NCBI GenBank assembly: GCA_030638415.1
Contig: DAOWEO010000008.1
Span: 47 to 64,046, forward strand
Length of the DNA stretch: 64,000 bases
From: Bdellovibrionales bacterium
Lineage (GTDB): Bacteria > Bdellovibrionota > Bacteriovoracia > Bacteriovoracales > Bacteriovoracaceae
Direction of reading: 5' to 3'
How positions within the stretch are numbered: the stretch's first letter is position 1; the number at the start of each line of letters is the position of its first letter. The notes beneath the pieces were generated by a model. That model searched no databases. It saw only the letters and a list, made by a program, of their open reading frames with translations, and was not told the DNA's origin. Made by a program: the position numbers and the translations under genes. Shown here piece by piece: positions 21,032-31,406 of the stretch.

Positions 21032-21215
21032 TTTACTTTAAATACAAGCTGTTGGTATTTCGGAATTCGCTAAGCGTTTGTAATTACAGATCTGTTTGTC
21101 TGGTTCTGTCAAAAAATGATATTTCTCTTATTTAGAAATGTTGAAACTTTAAAGTTGATAACGTATTGTTCTGTCGAAGATTTGATAGAATTTAATATGT
21201 TTCGTAGGATCTAAT

Positions 21216-22070
21216 ATGATTAACAGCTTGATGAGTTCAAAGGTTTTAGAAAAAGATATTGCACATTTTTTACAAGAAGATGACATTTCTAGAAATAGTT
21301 ATTACTCGTTACAACTACCTGAAGGACGTGTGAATTGCTCATTAAAACTAAAAGACAACTTGGTCTTAGCGGGGCTGCCTTATTTCTTTGAAGTATTTAG
21401 ACAACTTGGTGCTGAGATTAATACTGATGGTTTTGACAAGTGGGAAGGTCAGCGTGTTAAAAAAGAAGACAATGTTATTTTAGAGTTTGACCTACCATTT
21501 TCTGTTGCTCTGACTGGTGAGCGCATTGCCCTTAATCTTTTACAACGCTCTAGTGCTATTGCAACTTATACAAATCAATATGTCGAAAAAGCTAAAAAAT
21601 ATAATATTGCAATTTTAGATACCAGAAAAACAACACCAGGACTGCGCTCTTTTGAAAAGTATTCAGTACGTATTGGTGGTGGCTTTAACCACCGTTTAGG
21701 ACAGACTGATTTATGGATGGTTAAAGATAATCATAAAGATTATTTTGGAGGAGTTAGGGGTGCGGTTGAATATTTTAGATCGATGCAGACTCTTTATAAT
21801 CCTATCTTAGTTGAAATTCATGACCTAGCAGAGTTGCAAGAAGCAGTTGAACTGAAAGTTCGTCACGTAATGTTAGATAACTTTTCTCCTGCAGATATAA
21901 AAAAAGCAGTTGAGCAAAAAGTTGAATTTATGACTTATGAAGTGTCTGGAGGAATTCGCCTAGAGACAATTGAAGACTATTTGATTCCTGGAATTGATGC
22001 AATAAGTGTTGGAGCGGTAACTTATGATGCCCCACATGTGGATATTTCATTAAAATACAAGAAGGCTTAA
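21216..22070 (+). CDS. nadC: Nicotinate-nucleotide pyrophosphorylase (quinolinate phosphoribosyltransferase)
   Basis: TGERIALNLLQRSSAIAT...LDTRKTTPGLR...MLDNF motifs. Confidence 0.93.
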   Translation: MINSLMSSKVLEKDIAHFLQEDDISRNSYYSLQLPEGRVNCSLKLKDNLVLAGLPYFFEVFRQLGAEINTDGFDKWEGQRVKKEDNVILEFDLPFSVALTGERIALNLLQRSSAIATYTNQYVEKAKKYNIAILDTRKTTPGLRSFEKYSVRIGGGFNHRLGQTDLWMVKDNHKDYFGGVRGAVEYFRSMQTLYNPILVEIHDLAELQEAVELKVRHVMLDNFSPADIKKAVEQKVEFMTYEVSGGIRLETIEDYLIPGIDAISVGAVTYDAPHVDISLKYKKA

Positions 22071-23636
22071 ATGACTACCTATCAATACGATGTTGCAGTA
22101 ATTGGTTCTGGGATTGCAGGACTTAGCAGTGCCAAAGAATTAGCCGAACAGGGTTTTAAGGTTGTTATCTTAACGCGTGAAGAGCGCCCTGAAGAGTCTA
22201 ATACCTTTTATGCACAAGGTGGAATAATCTATCCACAAAAACATGATAATAAGCTAGTTGATGATATTAATACTGCTACAAGCTTTAGCTGTCATATGGC
22301 CGCAGCAAAACAGTTAGTTGATCAGGGAGAGGAGTTAGTAAGAAAGATCTTATTAGAAGATGCTCAAACTGATTTTAGTAGAGATGATGCGGGAGAGTTA
22401 CATTTTACAAAAGAGGCAGCTCACTCTATTGCGAGGATTATTCATAAAGAGGATAAGACAGGACAGAGTATTGAACTATCTATGCTAAAGCTGCTATCTA
22501 ATGAAAAGCTATATCCAAATATAGATTTTTTAACTTCTCATGTTGCCATTGATTTGATTACACCAGCACACCATGGAGTGCGTATTCAGCAGAGATATGA
22601 GAAAGATCAGGTGGTCGGAGTCTATGCACTAAATATTAAAGGTGCTGAAGTTGTAAAAATTATGGCCAAGTCGGTGGTATTAGCTACTGGTGGTGTTGGT
22701 GCACTTTACTTGCACCATACAAATTGCAATGGAGCACGTGGTGATGGCCATGCAATGGCACTACGGGCTGGAGCTTTTGTTTCTGATATGGAATTTATTC
22801 AATTTCATCCAACAACATTTTTTGATAGCTCCGGACATCGTCGTTTTTTAATTAGTGAAGCAGTTAGAGGTGAAGGAGGAATCCTGATAAATTCTCGTGG
22901 ACGTGCTTTCATGGCAGATTATCATGATGATAAAGAACTTGCCCCACGTGATATTGTCGCACGTGCCATTGTTGATGAGATGATTAAGACAAATCACGAT
23001 TGTGTTTATCTTGATATGACTCATAAAGATAGTGACTGGGTTAAAAAAAGATTTCCAACTATTTATAAAAATTGCTTAGAGAAAAAAATAGATATGTCTA
23101 AAGATCCTATTCCCGTTGTACCAGCTGCGCACTATTCATGTGGTGGGATTAAGACCAATTTGAATGGGCATAGTACACTAGAGAACTTATATGCAGTGGG
23201 AGAGGTTGCCTGTACTGGTCTGCATGGAGCTAATCGTTTGGCTTCTACTTCACTACTAGAGGGATTGGTTCTAGGAAATGTGGCAGCAAAGCACATTGCG
23301 CAGAGTATAGAAGAGCGGGAGCTTTACCGCATGGATGAGATTAAAGATTGGGTAAAAGCAACGGGAGAGTGTGATATAACACTTTTGCAGCAAGACTGGA
23401 TGGCGCTAAAACAAACCATGTGGAACTATGTTGGGATTACCAGATCCAGAAGAAAGTTGCGTCGTGCTGGATTTATGCTTGATGAACTGAAAAATGAAAT
23501 TGACGGGTTTTACAGAAATGCTCAACTACAAGATGAGCTAATTGGGCTGCGCAATGCAGTTACAGTTGCATTGCGCGTACAAAATTCAAGCTACCGAAAT
23601 AAACAATCAGTAGGTTGCTTTTATAGAGAAGACTAA
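22071..23636 (+). CDS. nadB: L-aspartate oxidase
   Basis: FAD-binding site VIGSGIAGLS; HPT...ISEAVRGEGG; GLHGANRLASTSLLEG. Confidence 0.94.
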   Translation: MTTYQYDVAVIGSGIAGLSSAKELAEQGFKVVILTREERPEESNTFYAQGGIIYPQKHDNKLVDDINTATSFSCHMAAAKQLVDQGEELVRKILLEDAQTDFSRDDAGELHFTKEAAHSIARIIHKEDKTGQSIELSMLKLLSNEKLYPNIDFLTSHVAIDLITPAHHGVRIQQRYEKDQVVGVYALNIKGAEVVKIMAKSVVLATGGVGALYLHHTNCNGARGDGHAMALRAGAFVSDMEFIQFHPTTFFDSSGHRRFLISEAVRGEGGILINSRGRAFMADYHDDKELAPRDIVARAIVDEMIKTNHDCVYLDMTHKDSDWVKKRFPTIYKNCLEKKIDMSKDPIPVVPAAHYSCGGIKTNLNGHSTLENLYAVGEVACTGLHGANRLASTSLLEGLVLGNVAAKHIAQSIEERELYRMDEIKDWVKATGECDITLLQQDWMALKQTMWNYVGITRSRRKLRRAGFMLDELKNEIDGFYRNAQLQDELIGLRNAVTVALRVQNSSYRNKQSVGCFYRED

Positions 23637-23637
23637 T

Positions 23638-23904
23638 TTAAAACATTGGTGGAATACTTCTACAAGATACTGGAAATTCTCTTGTTTCATTTTTAATGAA
23701 ATGACATGTTGCTGTTTCACTGTCCCAAGCCAAAACCTTACAAGACATAATGTCATGACATATAGAAATATGGCTATACCGTTGATAGCTGTGGCTAACA
23801 GATGTACAAGTCGTTTTACACTCATCGATAGAAAGCTCAGGTAGTATTTCTGCTGCAAATGAGTTTAGTGTGAATAGTAGTGCTAAAAGAGTTAGTGACT
23901 TCAT
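23638..23904 (-). CDS. Small secreted Cys-rich protein, unknown function
   Basis: Signal peptide MKSLTLLALLFTLNSFA; 7 Cys in 88 aa. Confidence 0.5.
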   Translation of the reverse strand: MKSLTLLALLFTLNSFAAEILPELSIDECKTTCTSVSHSYQRYSHISICHDIMSCKVLAWDSETATCHFIKNETREFPVSCRSIPPMF

Positions 23905-24064
23905 TGATTTATCTCCTAAATTAAATTATTTTGAATATGCTAGAAGCTTTATCACACGAAGGATGAAGTGGGATTAGAAGTGTGTAAAATTTACTTAATT
24001 GGTGAGACTTGTCATTTAGAATATCTATTGCAATGATTAGTGAAATTCAAATCAGGAGTGATCT

Positions 24065-24409
24065 ATGCGAATACTAATATTATTATCCCTAATTTTATCT
24101 TCAACAATATCTTTGCAGGCACGTGAGTTAACTATATCAGAAAAACTGGCGGTAATTACAGTGGAGAGTGCTAGCTCGATTGTAGATTTTATGGGTGATA
24201 CCATTGATACTGAAGAGCTAACTAAAAAAGACCTTATTCTCTTATATGTATTAAAGAAATCTTGTTACCCAGTTGAAAAAGAGTTATCAAATATTGCAGA
24301 AGCTGGTGAAGATGAAATGCAGGGACGCCTAACTTATATTACTACTTATGCAAAAGCTTGCAAGGAAGGGGCGCTTTCTATAACAAATTTATTTATTAAG
24401 TATCAGTAG
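24065..24409 (+). CDS. Small secreted protein, unknown function
   Basis: Signal peptide MRILILLSLILSSTISLQA; GGAG lies upstream. Confidence 0.5.
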   Translation: MRILILLSLILSSTISLQARELTISEKLAVITVESASSIVDFMGDTIDTEELTKKDLILLYVLKKSCYPVEKELSNIAEAGEDEMQGRLTYITTYAKACKEGALSITNLFIKYQ

Positions 24410-24538
24410 AAATATTACTATTTTATAAAGAGTTGAACCTCTGTTACGCCAGTAGAGCGCAGAGGACCAGGAATGATTCTTTGAAAATGTTGATTACTAT
24501 AACTAAATACTTCTCAAATAACTTGAAAGATTTTAGAC

Positions 24539-24573
24539 AAAAAAAAGCCTCTAGTGGGTTAAACAAGAGGCTT
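24539..24573 (-). terminator. Rho-independent terminator downstream of tRNA-His (minus strand)
   Basis: Arms AAGCCTCT (24545-24552) / AGAGGCTT (24566-24573). An A8 run on the plus strand gives a U8 run on the minus transcript. Confidence 0.65.
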
Positions 24574-24609
24574 TAATATCTCAAACTGCCGAAGCAGGTT
24601 AAAATCGAA

Positions 24610-24686
24610 TGGGGTGGATGAAGGGGCTCGAACCCTCGACAAATAGAATCACAATCTACTGCTCTACCAACTGAACTACACCCACC
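24610..24686 (-). tRNA. tRNA-His (anticodon GTG), CCA encoded
   Basis: The reverse complement GGTGGGTGTAGTTCAGTTGGTAGAGCAGTAGATTGTGATTCTATTTGTCGAGGGTTCGAGCCCCTTCATCCACCCCA folds as a cloverleaf. It has a G-1 extra base, anticodon loop TTGTGAT and T-loop GGTTCGAGCC. Confidence 0.93.
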
Positions 24687-24704
24687 ATAATTCATATATT
24701 TAAG

Positions 24705-24734
24705 TTTATAATGGATAGACTGCTATCTCGTCAA
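24705..24734 (-). promoter_or_regulatory. Candidate promoter for tRNA-His
   Basis: Minus strand: TTGACG (24734-24729), 18-nt spacer, TATAAA (24710-24705), about 12 nt before the tRNA 5' end. Confidence 0.35.
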
Positions 24735-24824
24735 TAGAAATATAAAAAAGATAGGGGAAAAGTTTTGACGGGTCGTGCCAAAGTTCCTACACTTAAGGTT
24801 AATTAAGACTTTTCGGGGGTTTAT

Positions 24825-25436
24825 ATGAAACGGATTTTATTTATAACACTATTTTTAGTTAGTTTTACCACTCAAGCAGGGGTTATAGGCTACTCAACAT
24901 TTCCACTTGTATCTAAGAAAAACCTCTTAAGTGCCAGTTTTGACTCAGTTATTTCTGGTGGTGGTGGAATTGGTGTAGAAGCACGCTATACACAAAAACT
25001 TAATTCAAGACTTATTTTGGATGGAGGTCTTGGAATTTCAGGTTCTGATCAGTCTACATCGAAACTCTTTATGGGAGCAGACTACGAAATTATGCCTGAC
25101 TATCTAGATCAGCCACGTGTTTCAGTTAAGCTGAACTGGATTAATGAAGAGCAATTTTTGTATAGGATTAATAGAATTAGTTTTGCACCTACAGTAACTA
25201 AAGGTTTTAATTTTTGGGGTAAAGAGGCGTATCCATTTGTTGCAATTCCTTTTGGAGTAGATTTTAACGGTGAGCTAAAGCAGTATGAGACAGTTATGAA
25301 TTTAACTGCAGGAATAAACGGGCAGCTTCCATTTCGTGGTTATGAGAAACTAACTGCAAATGTAGAGATGAGCTTGAATCTAAAAGATAGCTACAGCACA
25401 ATCTCAATGGGTGTTTCGATGCCAATTTCTTTTTAG
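24825..25436 (+). CDS. Small outer-membrane beta-barrel-like protein
   Basis: Signal peptide MKRILFITLFLVSFTTQA, alternating amphipathic pattern and a C-terminal ...MPISF (terminal Phe). Confidence 0.55.
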   Translation: MKRILFITLFLVSFTTQAGVIGYSTFPLVSKKNLLSASFDSVISGGGGIGVEARYTQKLNSRLILDGGLGISGSDQSTSKLFMGADYEIMPDYLDQPRVSVKLNWINEEQFLYRINRISFAPTVTKGFNFWGKEAYPFVAIPFGVDFNGELKQYETVMNLTAGINGQLPFRGYEKLTANVEMSLNLKDSYSTISMGVSMPISF

Positions 25437-25441
25437 TATTA

Positions 25442-26257
25442 ATGATAAAAAAATTACCAGAATTATTAGAGAAAGCTCCCACATCGGAGCTTTCTTCCAT
25501 TAAGGGTATCTGTTTTGATATTGATGATACCTTTTCTAGTGAAGGTAAGATTTTAGCTTCAACATTTAACTCATTGTGGAGATTGAAAGAAGCGGGTTTT
25601 TTATTGATTCCTGTGACTGGAAGACCGGCAGGATGGTGTGATCATATCGTACGCTTTTGGCCTGTTGATGCCGTTGTCGGTGAGAATGGGGCATTTGTAT
25701 TTTATATGGATGGTGGAAAACGTGAGCGTTTTGATATTTTATCGGCAGAAGAGTTAAGCAGTGCACAGAAATCCTTAAAGCAGTTAGCAAAAAAAATAAA
25801 ATCTAAATTTTCAGATGTAATGTGGGCCAGTGATCAAGCATATCGAGAGTTTGATTTGGCTATTGATTTTTGTGAAGACGTTAAGCCTTGGCCAGTAGCA
25901 AAAATTGAGCAGTTAGTTGAACTATGTAGATCAGAACAGGCGATTGCCAAGGTATCTAGTATTCATGTTAATACTTGGTATGGAATTTATGATAAGCAGA
26001 CTACTTTTGATAAGTGGATTAATGATATTGGAGAGAGCTACTTAGGCCATGCATTTGATAAAAATGAGTGGATTTATATTGGTGATTCTCCTAATGATGA
26101 ACCTGCTTTTGAGTACTTTCCAAAAAGTGTCGGTGTTGAGAATTTAAAAGATTTTTATAATCAGTTAGAAACTTTTCCTACTTGGATTTGTAATTACCCT
26201 AGTGGAAAAGGATTTGAGCAACTAGTAGATTTACTAATTAAGGCTAGATCTGCTTGA
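25442..26257 (+). CDS. HAD-superfamily (IIB-like) phosphatase
   Basis: Motif I FDIDDTF, motif II VTGRP, motif IV GDSPNDEPAF. Confidence 0.8.
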   Translation: MIKKLPELLEKAPTSELSSIKGICFDIDDTFSSEGKILASTFNSLWRLKEAGFLLIPVTGRPAGWCDHIVRFWPVDAVVGENGAFVFYMDGGKRERFDILSAEELSSAQKSLKQLAKKIKSKFSDVMWASDQAYREFDLAIDFCEDVKPWPVAKIEQLVELCRSEQAIAKVSSIHVNTWYGIYDKQTTFDKWINDIGESYLGHAFDKNEWIYIGDSPNDEPAFEYFPKSVGVENLKDFYNQLETFPTWICNYPSGKGFEQLVDLLIKARSA

Positions 26258-27311
26258 AGTAATGTTGAATCTCAGTCTTAATTTGCTCTTCTAGTTTACT
26301 AACTTCAATAGAAATATTACTTAAAATCCACTCTTTTAAATCTTTAGGTATTGTAGAAATTATTTCAGGCTTATTTTTATAAGGTGTATGAATACCAATA
26401 GCGTGTAGAGCATGTCTAGGTATTTGCATTTTATCAAACTCTTCTTTTACTGCGACACCATCTTTAAAATGCTGAAACATTTCATATCCACCATGATAAA
26501 GCTTATCACCTAGCAGAGGGTAACCAGATTCCTGTGCGTGAACTCTAATTTGGTGTTGTCTACCAGTTTGGGGGAAGGCAAGTCCAATTACGTATTTTGA
26601 ATTTGTATGTAGAATCTTAAAATTGGTATAGGCCCTTTTTCCTAGATCACTATTTTCTGGAAAAGCTTGGGTACATACCCGTGCTTTTAGGTTATCTCCA
26701 ATTGAGCCTAATCTAAGTGAAGAGCTAAAGATTTGTTTTTTATCTGGATCATTATTGTGAGCAATAAAAAAATAACATTTTTTTACTTGGGTATGCTCAA
26801 AGGCATAGGTTAGCTCTTGTGCTGTTTTGGGATTTTTTGCCAGAAGTAATAGACCTGACGTTTCACGATCTAGTCGGTGGACTGAGTGCATTGTTTTTTG
26901 ATCTCTACTCTCAAAGTAAACTGTGGCACAGTAAAAAAGATGCTTACCTGTAGGGTGAGTGGCCATGAATGCTGGTTTGGAAATTGCAATTAAATTGTCA
27001 TCTTCATATATTATTTCAGGGTGCTCTTGTAATACTATCTTTTCACCATGCCAGTACTCATCTTCATGAACTGTTTTTGTAATTGTAATTTGAATTGTAT
27101 CGCCTTCTTGTAGTTTGCTACTAGGTTTATTTGAAGTGGAGCGATTAGTAATTAACAGCTCCTTAGCCTTAATCTTTTTTTTAATCTTCTCGCGAGATAG
27201 TTGAGGATAGAATTTTACGGCAAAGCTATCTAAGCGCATGCCGTCATGCATCTCATCGGCGATATAAGATGCAATGTAGTAGTTAGAGTTAAAAACTTTT
27301 TTAATTTGCAT
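26244..27311 (-). CDS. RluA-family pseudouridine synthase with N-terminal S4 domain
   Basis: HRLDRETSGLLLLAK catalytic motif; GRQHQIRVH. Confidence 0.88.
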   Translation of the reverse strand: MQIKKVFNSNYYIASYIADEMHDGMRLDSFAVKFYPQLSREKIKKKIKAKELLITNRSTSNKPSSKLQEGDTIQITITKTVHEDEYWHGEKIVLQEHPEIIYEDDNLIAISKPAFMATHPTGKHLFYCATVYFESRDQKTMHSVHRLDRETSGLLLLAKNPKTAQELTYAFEHTQVKKCYFFIAHNNDPDKKQIFSSSLRLGSIGDNLKARVCTQAFPENSDLGKRAYTNFKILHTNSKYVIGLAFPQTGRQHQIRVHAQESGYPLLGDKLYHGGYEMFQHFKDGVAVKEEFDKMQIPRHALHAIGIHTPYKNKPEIISTIPKDLKEWILSNISIEVSKLEEQIKTEIQHYFKQI

Positions 27312-27323
27312 TATAGTATCTTA

Positions 27324-29513
27324 TTAATACTTTTCATCTATAAGGTATTTTACCAATCTAATCGCTCCATGTTTAGAGTAGCCGAATTTATTGTGAAGCT
27401 GCTCAATGACGTTAGTTAACAGCTTACGGTGTTTATCACTCAACTGTACCTCTTTATCCTTGGTGGTGATCTCAGCTTGAAAAAAGACAAGGTTTTTTGA
27501 AATATTTGCAATTGTCTTTTTCTGTTCTTCGCGAAATGTCTCTTGTAGCTTTTTAGTGATATCAGAAAAAATATTCGTATAGATAATCTCTTTTTTAGGG
27601 TTATCTAAAAAGTATGCACCAAGCCTTGAAATTAGATGGCTACGGAACTTTTCGGCACTCTCGTTTAGCTTGAGACCTCGTTCAAATTCTTCAACAAAAA
27701 ACATATCGACTTCTTCAAATTTACCCGTGATTACATTTTTTACTTTTTCACCTTTTATTAGAGATTTAATTTGTTCCATGTATTTCTTAAGATATTCCTC
27801 ATATGATCTATTATCAACAAGGCCAAGGGAGTCACGTAGTTCATCATCAAAAATAGTTAAAAAGTGTTCTTTTAAAGATTCTAGAAATTTTGAGTTATTA
27901 TGAAAATCTCTTTCTGGTTGAATTGCCAAAAAGTCATATTCGTTAACTTTTTTAATCATTTTTTCTAGGTACTCTAAAATTTCAATAAAAGTGATTTGAG
28001 AATACTTATTACTTAGTTTATATATTATTTTTTTAATATCTCGTGGTGAGATTCCAAACTTTCCTTCATAGGCCATATCAATTTCAAACTCATTACAAAT
28101 TTTCTTATGACACTGTTTAAATATCTGTCTGATTTCTAAATTAAATGATTCAGGTAGCTTGTTCGGGTTAGTAATAAAGAATGCTTTTTCCAGAGGGTTT
28201 AGTTTTATAACATTATCGGCGAGTTTTTTGTCTAAATAGTTTTCTAGCTTAGGAGCTCTCAATCTGGTTAATACAGAGTATAGCGATAGAGCCTCTAAGG
28301 CATGAGGTTCAAACTTAATACGTTCAGAAAGGGTGTCAACTTGTTGCTGATAAATCTGAACTTCTTCAACGTAGTTCGTTAGATAGGGAACTTTAATAAA
28401 ATTGAAGCGTCCTTTAAATGAGTTGAAATCTGGATGTTGCTTAAAGGCCTGCATGTGAATTTCGTTTGATGTTCCAATAAAAAATATATCTAGCAGAGTA
28501 AGAACTCCTTGTAAGTTAAGGCTATTGGTTTCCATCGTAGTGAGAAGATATTTGAAGGCATCAATAGGTCTTTTAAGTAGATCTGAAAATTCCAAGATAC
28601 CGCGATTAGCCATTATCGCTTCACCTTGAATTGTATATAAATTAAGTGACTGCAGACTTGGTGGAAGGTTTTGTAATCTCTTGTCCATAGTGATTTGTTG
28701 AATACGGGCATCAACGTGTAATTGTGGCTCAATTGTCACTGCTGCTGATGAGTATCTTCTACTCACATGAAAACGTTCAATTTTAATATGTTTTAGGACT
28801 TGAGTGTGATCACCTTTATAGCTTTTTAATAAGGCGTCGTAGATCATCTTATTGCGCTTTGATAGATCACCATCGTACAAAGATGATTTCTTAATTGTTT
28901 GTAACAGTTCAGGATGATCTTTTAGCTGGGCGTCTATATATTCTTGGCGGTACTTAGTTGGAATAAGTAAAATCGGATGATCTTTTAGTTCTGAGGGTAA
29001 AATTGCGCTAATCTCTTTGTCTGCTAAGTATGCATAGGTCGGAAGGTCATGTGGTTTACTATCATTAGTAAGACCTAGTGTACCTTTGACATAATTTTGG
29101 ATTGGAAAAACCCAGCTAAAGGTATATTGCTTTCCTTCATCTTTTTGGGAGTAGCGTTCTGCTCCTTCCATTATTTTTTTTACTATACTTGATTTAGCTG
29201 ATCCGTTGGGTCCAACGAGAAGTAAAAAGCGATTTATTTTTCCTTCATCCTGAAAGTTGATCAGATTTTGGAATATCGTTTCTTGACATTTTTGTTGTCC
29301 ACGAACGGCTGGAGAGTCATTCTCCTCTGACTTAAAGATGCTAAAACTCCCGTCTGTCCCTTTGCCAAAAAAATTAAACATATCAATAAGGTATGAGTAT
29401 GTTGGCCTAATTGCTTGATGGGGAGCTGTTTCTAGATATGAAATATAATCAGCAAATGAGAGAATCTCGGTATTAAAAATACTCTCTTTTGATGCTGTTT
29501 TTAACCACTGCAT
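27324..29513 (-). CDS. prkA: PrkA-family AAA+ serine protein kinase
   Basis: 729 aa. The N-terminal SFADYISYLE...TYSYLIDMF pattern and P-loop GPNGSAKSS are typical of PrkA/YeaG. Confidence 0.85.
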   Translation of the reverse strand: MQWLKTASKESIFNTEILSFADYISYLETAPHQAIRPTYSYLIDMFNFFGKGTDGSFSIFKSEENDSPAVRGQQKCQETIFQNLINFQDEGKINRFLLLVGPNGSAKSSIVKKIMEGAERYSQKDEGKQYTFSWVFPIQNYVKGTLGLTNDSKPHDLPTYAYLADKEISAILPSELKDHPILLIPTKYRQEYIDAQLKDHPELLQTIKKSSLYDGDLSKRNKMIYDALLKSYKGDHTQVLKHIKIERFHVSRRYSSAAVTIEPQLHVDARIQQITMDKRLQNLPPSLQSLNLYTIQGEAIMANRGILEFSDLLKRPIDAFKYLLTTMETNSLNLQGVLTLLDIFFIGTSNEIHMQAFKQHPDFNSFKGRFNFIKVPYLTNYVEEVQIYQQQVDTLSERIKFEPHALEALSLYSVLTRLRAPKLENYLDKKLADNVIKLNPLEKAFFITNPNKLPESFNLEIRQIFKQCHKKICNEFEIDMAYEGKFGISPRDIKKIIYKLSNKYSQITFIEILEYLEKMIKKVNEYDFLAIQPERDFHNNSKFLESLKEHFLTIFDDELRDSLGLVDNRSYEEYLKKYMEQIKSLIKGEKVKNVITGKFEEVDMFFVEEFERGLKLNESAEKFRSHLISRLGAYFLDNPKKEIIYTNIFSDITKKLQETFREEQKKTIANISKNLVFFQAEITTKDKEVQLSDKHRKLLTNVIEQLHNKFGYSKHGAIRLVKYLIDEKY

Positions 29514-29601
29514 AAAATATCCTTAGTCAAAATTTAGTTTTTAGTTAATACTACAATACTATGATTTTATTACTATTTACCAAATTAGTCATGGGGGCGA
29601 T

Positions 29602-30822
29602 ATGTTCTCTATAAGCTCATTTTACCTCTCTAAAATGGTCAAACTTACTGTTTTTTTACTATTAATTGTTCTGCTAGGGGCTATTTTCTGGTGGCTGCAG
29701 CAAGTAGGTGAGGAAAAAGAGCTTAAAGGTCTAGAACTAGTGCTAAAAAGACCGGCCATCGAAAAGAGAATTGGTCATGTGTGGCGCTGGGGTGATTCTG
29801 ATAATCTTTGGAAAAAAGGTGCGTTACAGTGCGCTAGTCTTCCACTTTCTAGTGATACCATTAACTCTCAATTTTTACGATGTAATCCTCTTTTTTTTCA
29901 ATGTCTGCTTTCTGCTAAGACGTCTTATTTAGAAATTGAGGAGCATGAATTTTTACTTGCAACATACGAAAATGGTAACGTTTTTCGCCTAGATGCACAG
30001 AAAAATGGATATTGGATCAGATACTTCTTGGGTAAGCACTCTTCGATGGCATATGAAGTATTTGTTGAAAATAGCTGTTTTGAAAAAAGACTACCACCTG
30101 GTATCTATGGATATGGAGTGTTGAATAAAAAGAGTGATTGGGTATGGGATAATCTTGATTATAATATTCTATTTGATTCAGAATTTGTAACAAATTTTGC
30201 AGTTGCACAGTGGAAAAAGTCTTCACATAAGGTCTTAGCTAAAGAGTGGTTTCGCCCCGCAGTTAACTTAGGCTTTAAGGAAATGGAGCAATTTTGTTTT
30301 GATCATGGCAAGGAGCTATTAAATGCTAGAGTACTAGATGCAGCATCAGCTTATGTGCTAACTACTCCAAAAAGAGGTGATAAGTACATTTCTCGCTCAG
30401 CATATCCATGGCGTGGGCGTGAAAAGAATAATTTTCTTTATATTGCAGGACATGACGAGAGTTTTGAGTTTAACAAAGAGTATTGTAAAAAGATTTATAC
30501 CAAAGAGTGTTTGGAATATGGAGGATTAGATATTTTTTTTAGGCGTGCTACGAGCTTGAGTGGTATGAACAACACGCTGGGAGGATATCCCGAAGCAGTA
30601 AAAAATAAGCGTTTTCCAAAATCAAATTTACGTGCCAGTAGTTTTCTTTTTTCTATTAAATCATCTTGGCATCAGATAGGAAAAAGAGTTCAGTGGAATG
30701 GAATGATTGGGGATAAAAGTAATATTACTTGGATGGATGAAAAATCAATATATGGTGATTTGCCATCAGAACAAAATGTACCGATTGCTTTTCGCTGTAT
30801 GCGAATTGGAAAGAGGAAGTAA
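29602..30822 (+). CDS. Membrane-anchored protein with possible FGE/SUMF1-like (formylglycine-generating-enzyme fold) domain
   Basis: It has an N-terminal TM segment. PAVNLGFKEMEQFCFDHGKELLNARVLDAAS resembles the P-V-x-V-S-W-x-A-x-x-FC-x-W-x-G-x-RLP-x-E-W-E-x-AA pattern only loosely. Confidence 0.35.
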   Translation: MFSISSFYLSKMVKLTVFLLLIVLLGAIFWWLQQVGEEKELKGLELVLKRPAIEKRIGHVWRWGDSDNLWKKGALQCASLPLSSDTINSQFLRCNPLFFQCLLSAKTSYLEIEEHEFLLATYENGNVFRLDAQKNGYWIRYFLGKHSSMAYEVFVENSCFEKRLPPGIYGYGVLNKKSDWVWDNLDYNILFDSEFVTNFAVAQWKKSSHKVLAKEWFRPAVNLGFKEMEQFCFDHGKELLNARVLDAASAYVLTTPKRGDKYISRSAYPWRGREKNNFLYIAGHDESFEFNKEYCKKIYTKECLEYGGLDIFFRRATSLSGMNNTLGGYPEAVKNKRFPKSNLRASSFLFSIKSSWHQIGKRVQWNGMIGDKSNITWMDEKSIYGDLPSEQNVPIAFRCMRIGKRK

Positions 30823-30823
30823 T

Positions 30824-31405
30824 TTGAGAAATGTTATATTATGCTCTCTATTCTTTTTGACTGGTTGCTACAGCAAAAACTATTCTCCTGAATATTTGTC
30901 ATTTGTACGGCTAGGTACGTTGATTCAATCTTCTAGTAAAAGCGAATTCCATTCTAAAATTGCACCTAAAGCGTGGTCGAATATCTTTTCTTTCACAAAC
31001 AAAATTTCATACTGCCTAATATCTAAAAATACGCTCGGTGGTTTAGTGAGTATCCGTTTAGTAAAAAAAATAGATAAGGAGTGTAGCTTTTTACCTGAGC
31101 ACCTATTTCTAGAGTGGCGAGGTTTAAATCAATTTAAGTTTGAACTCCAGGAAGGTGGCGTTGCTCTTGAATATGATAACGGTTATGAGCAATCGGAGTT
31201 TCAGTGGGTCTTTTTACGTACGAGTAGTTCCAAGTACAGTATTAGTCATAGCTTAAAATGTGGACAAGTTAGGCAAAGAGCTTGTTACCGAGGTAGTCAG
31301 TATAAAAAAAATATTATTACAACCTGCAATCAATATAATGAACAATACTTCTGTGGTAATAATTTAAAACTGTATTGCCGTGATGGAGAGTATGAATGTT
31401 TGTAG
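30824..31405 (+). CDS. Lipoprotein, Cys-rich C-terminus, unknown function
   Basis: TTG 30824 gives LRNVILCSLFFLTGC, with lipobox LTG|C. The track start at 30707 overlaps the upstream gene. Confidence 0.5.
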   Translation: MRNVILCSLFFLTGCYSKNYSPEYLSFVRLGTLIQSSSKSEFHSKIAPKAWSNIFSFTNKISYCLISKNTLGGLVSIRLVKKIDKECSFLPEHLFLEWRGLNQFKFELQEGGVALEYDNGYEQSEFQWVFLRTSSSKYSISHSLKCGQVRQRACYRGSQYKKNIITTCNQYNEQYFCGNNLKLYCRDGEYECL

Positions 31406-31406
31406 G

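Noticed and set aside
30707-30823. Track start at 30707 for the 232-aa ORF, overlapping the 3' end of the preceding gene by 116 nt.
   Set aside because: TTG 30824, immediately after the upstream stop, yields a proper lipoprotein signal (LFFLTG|C). The upstream extension has no signal-like features.
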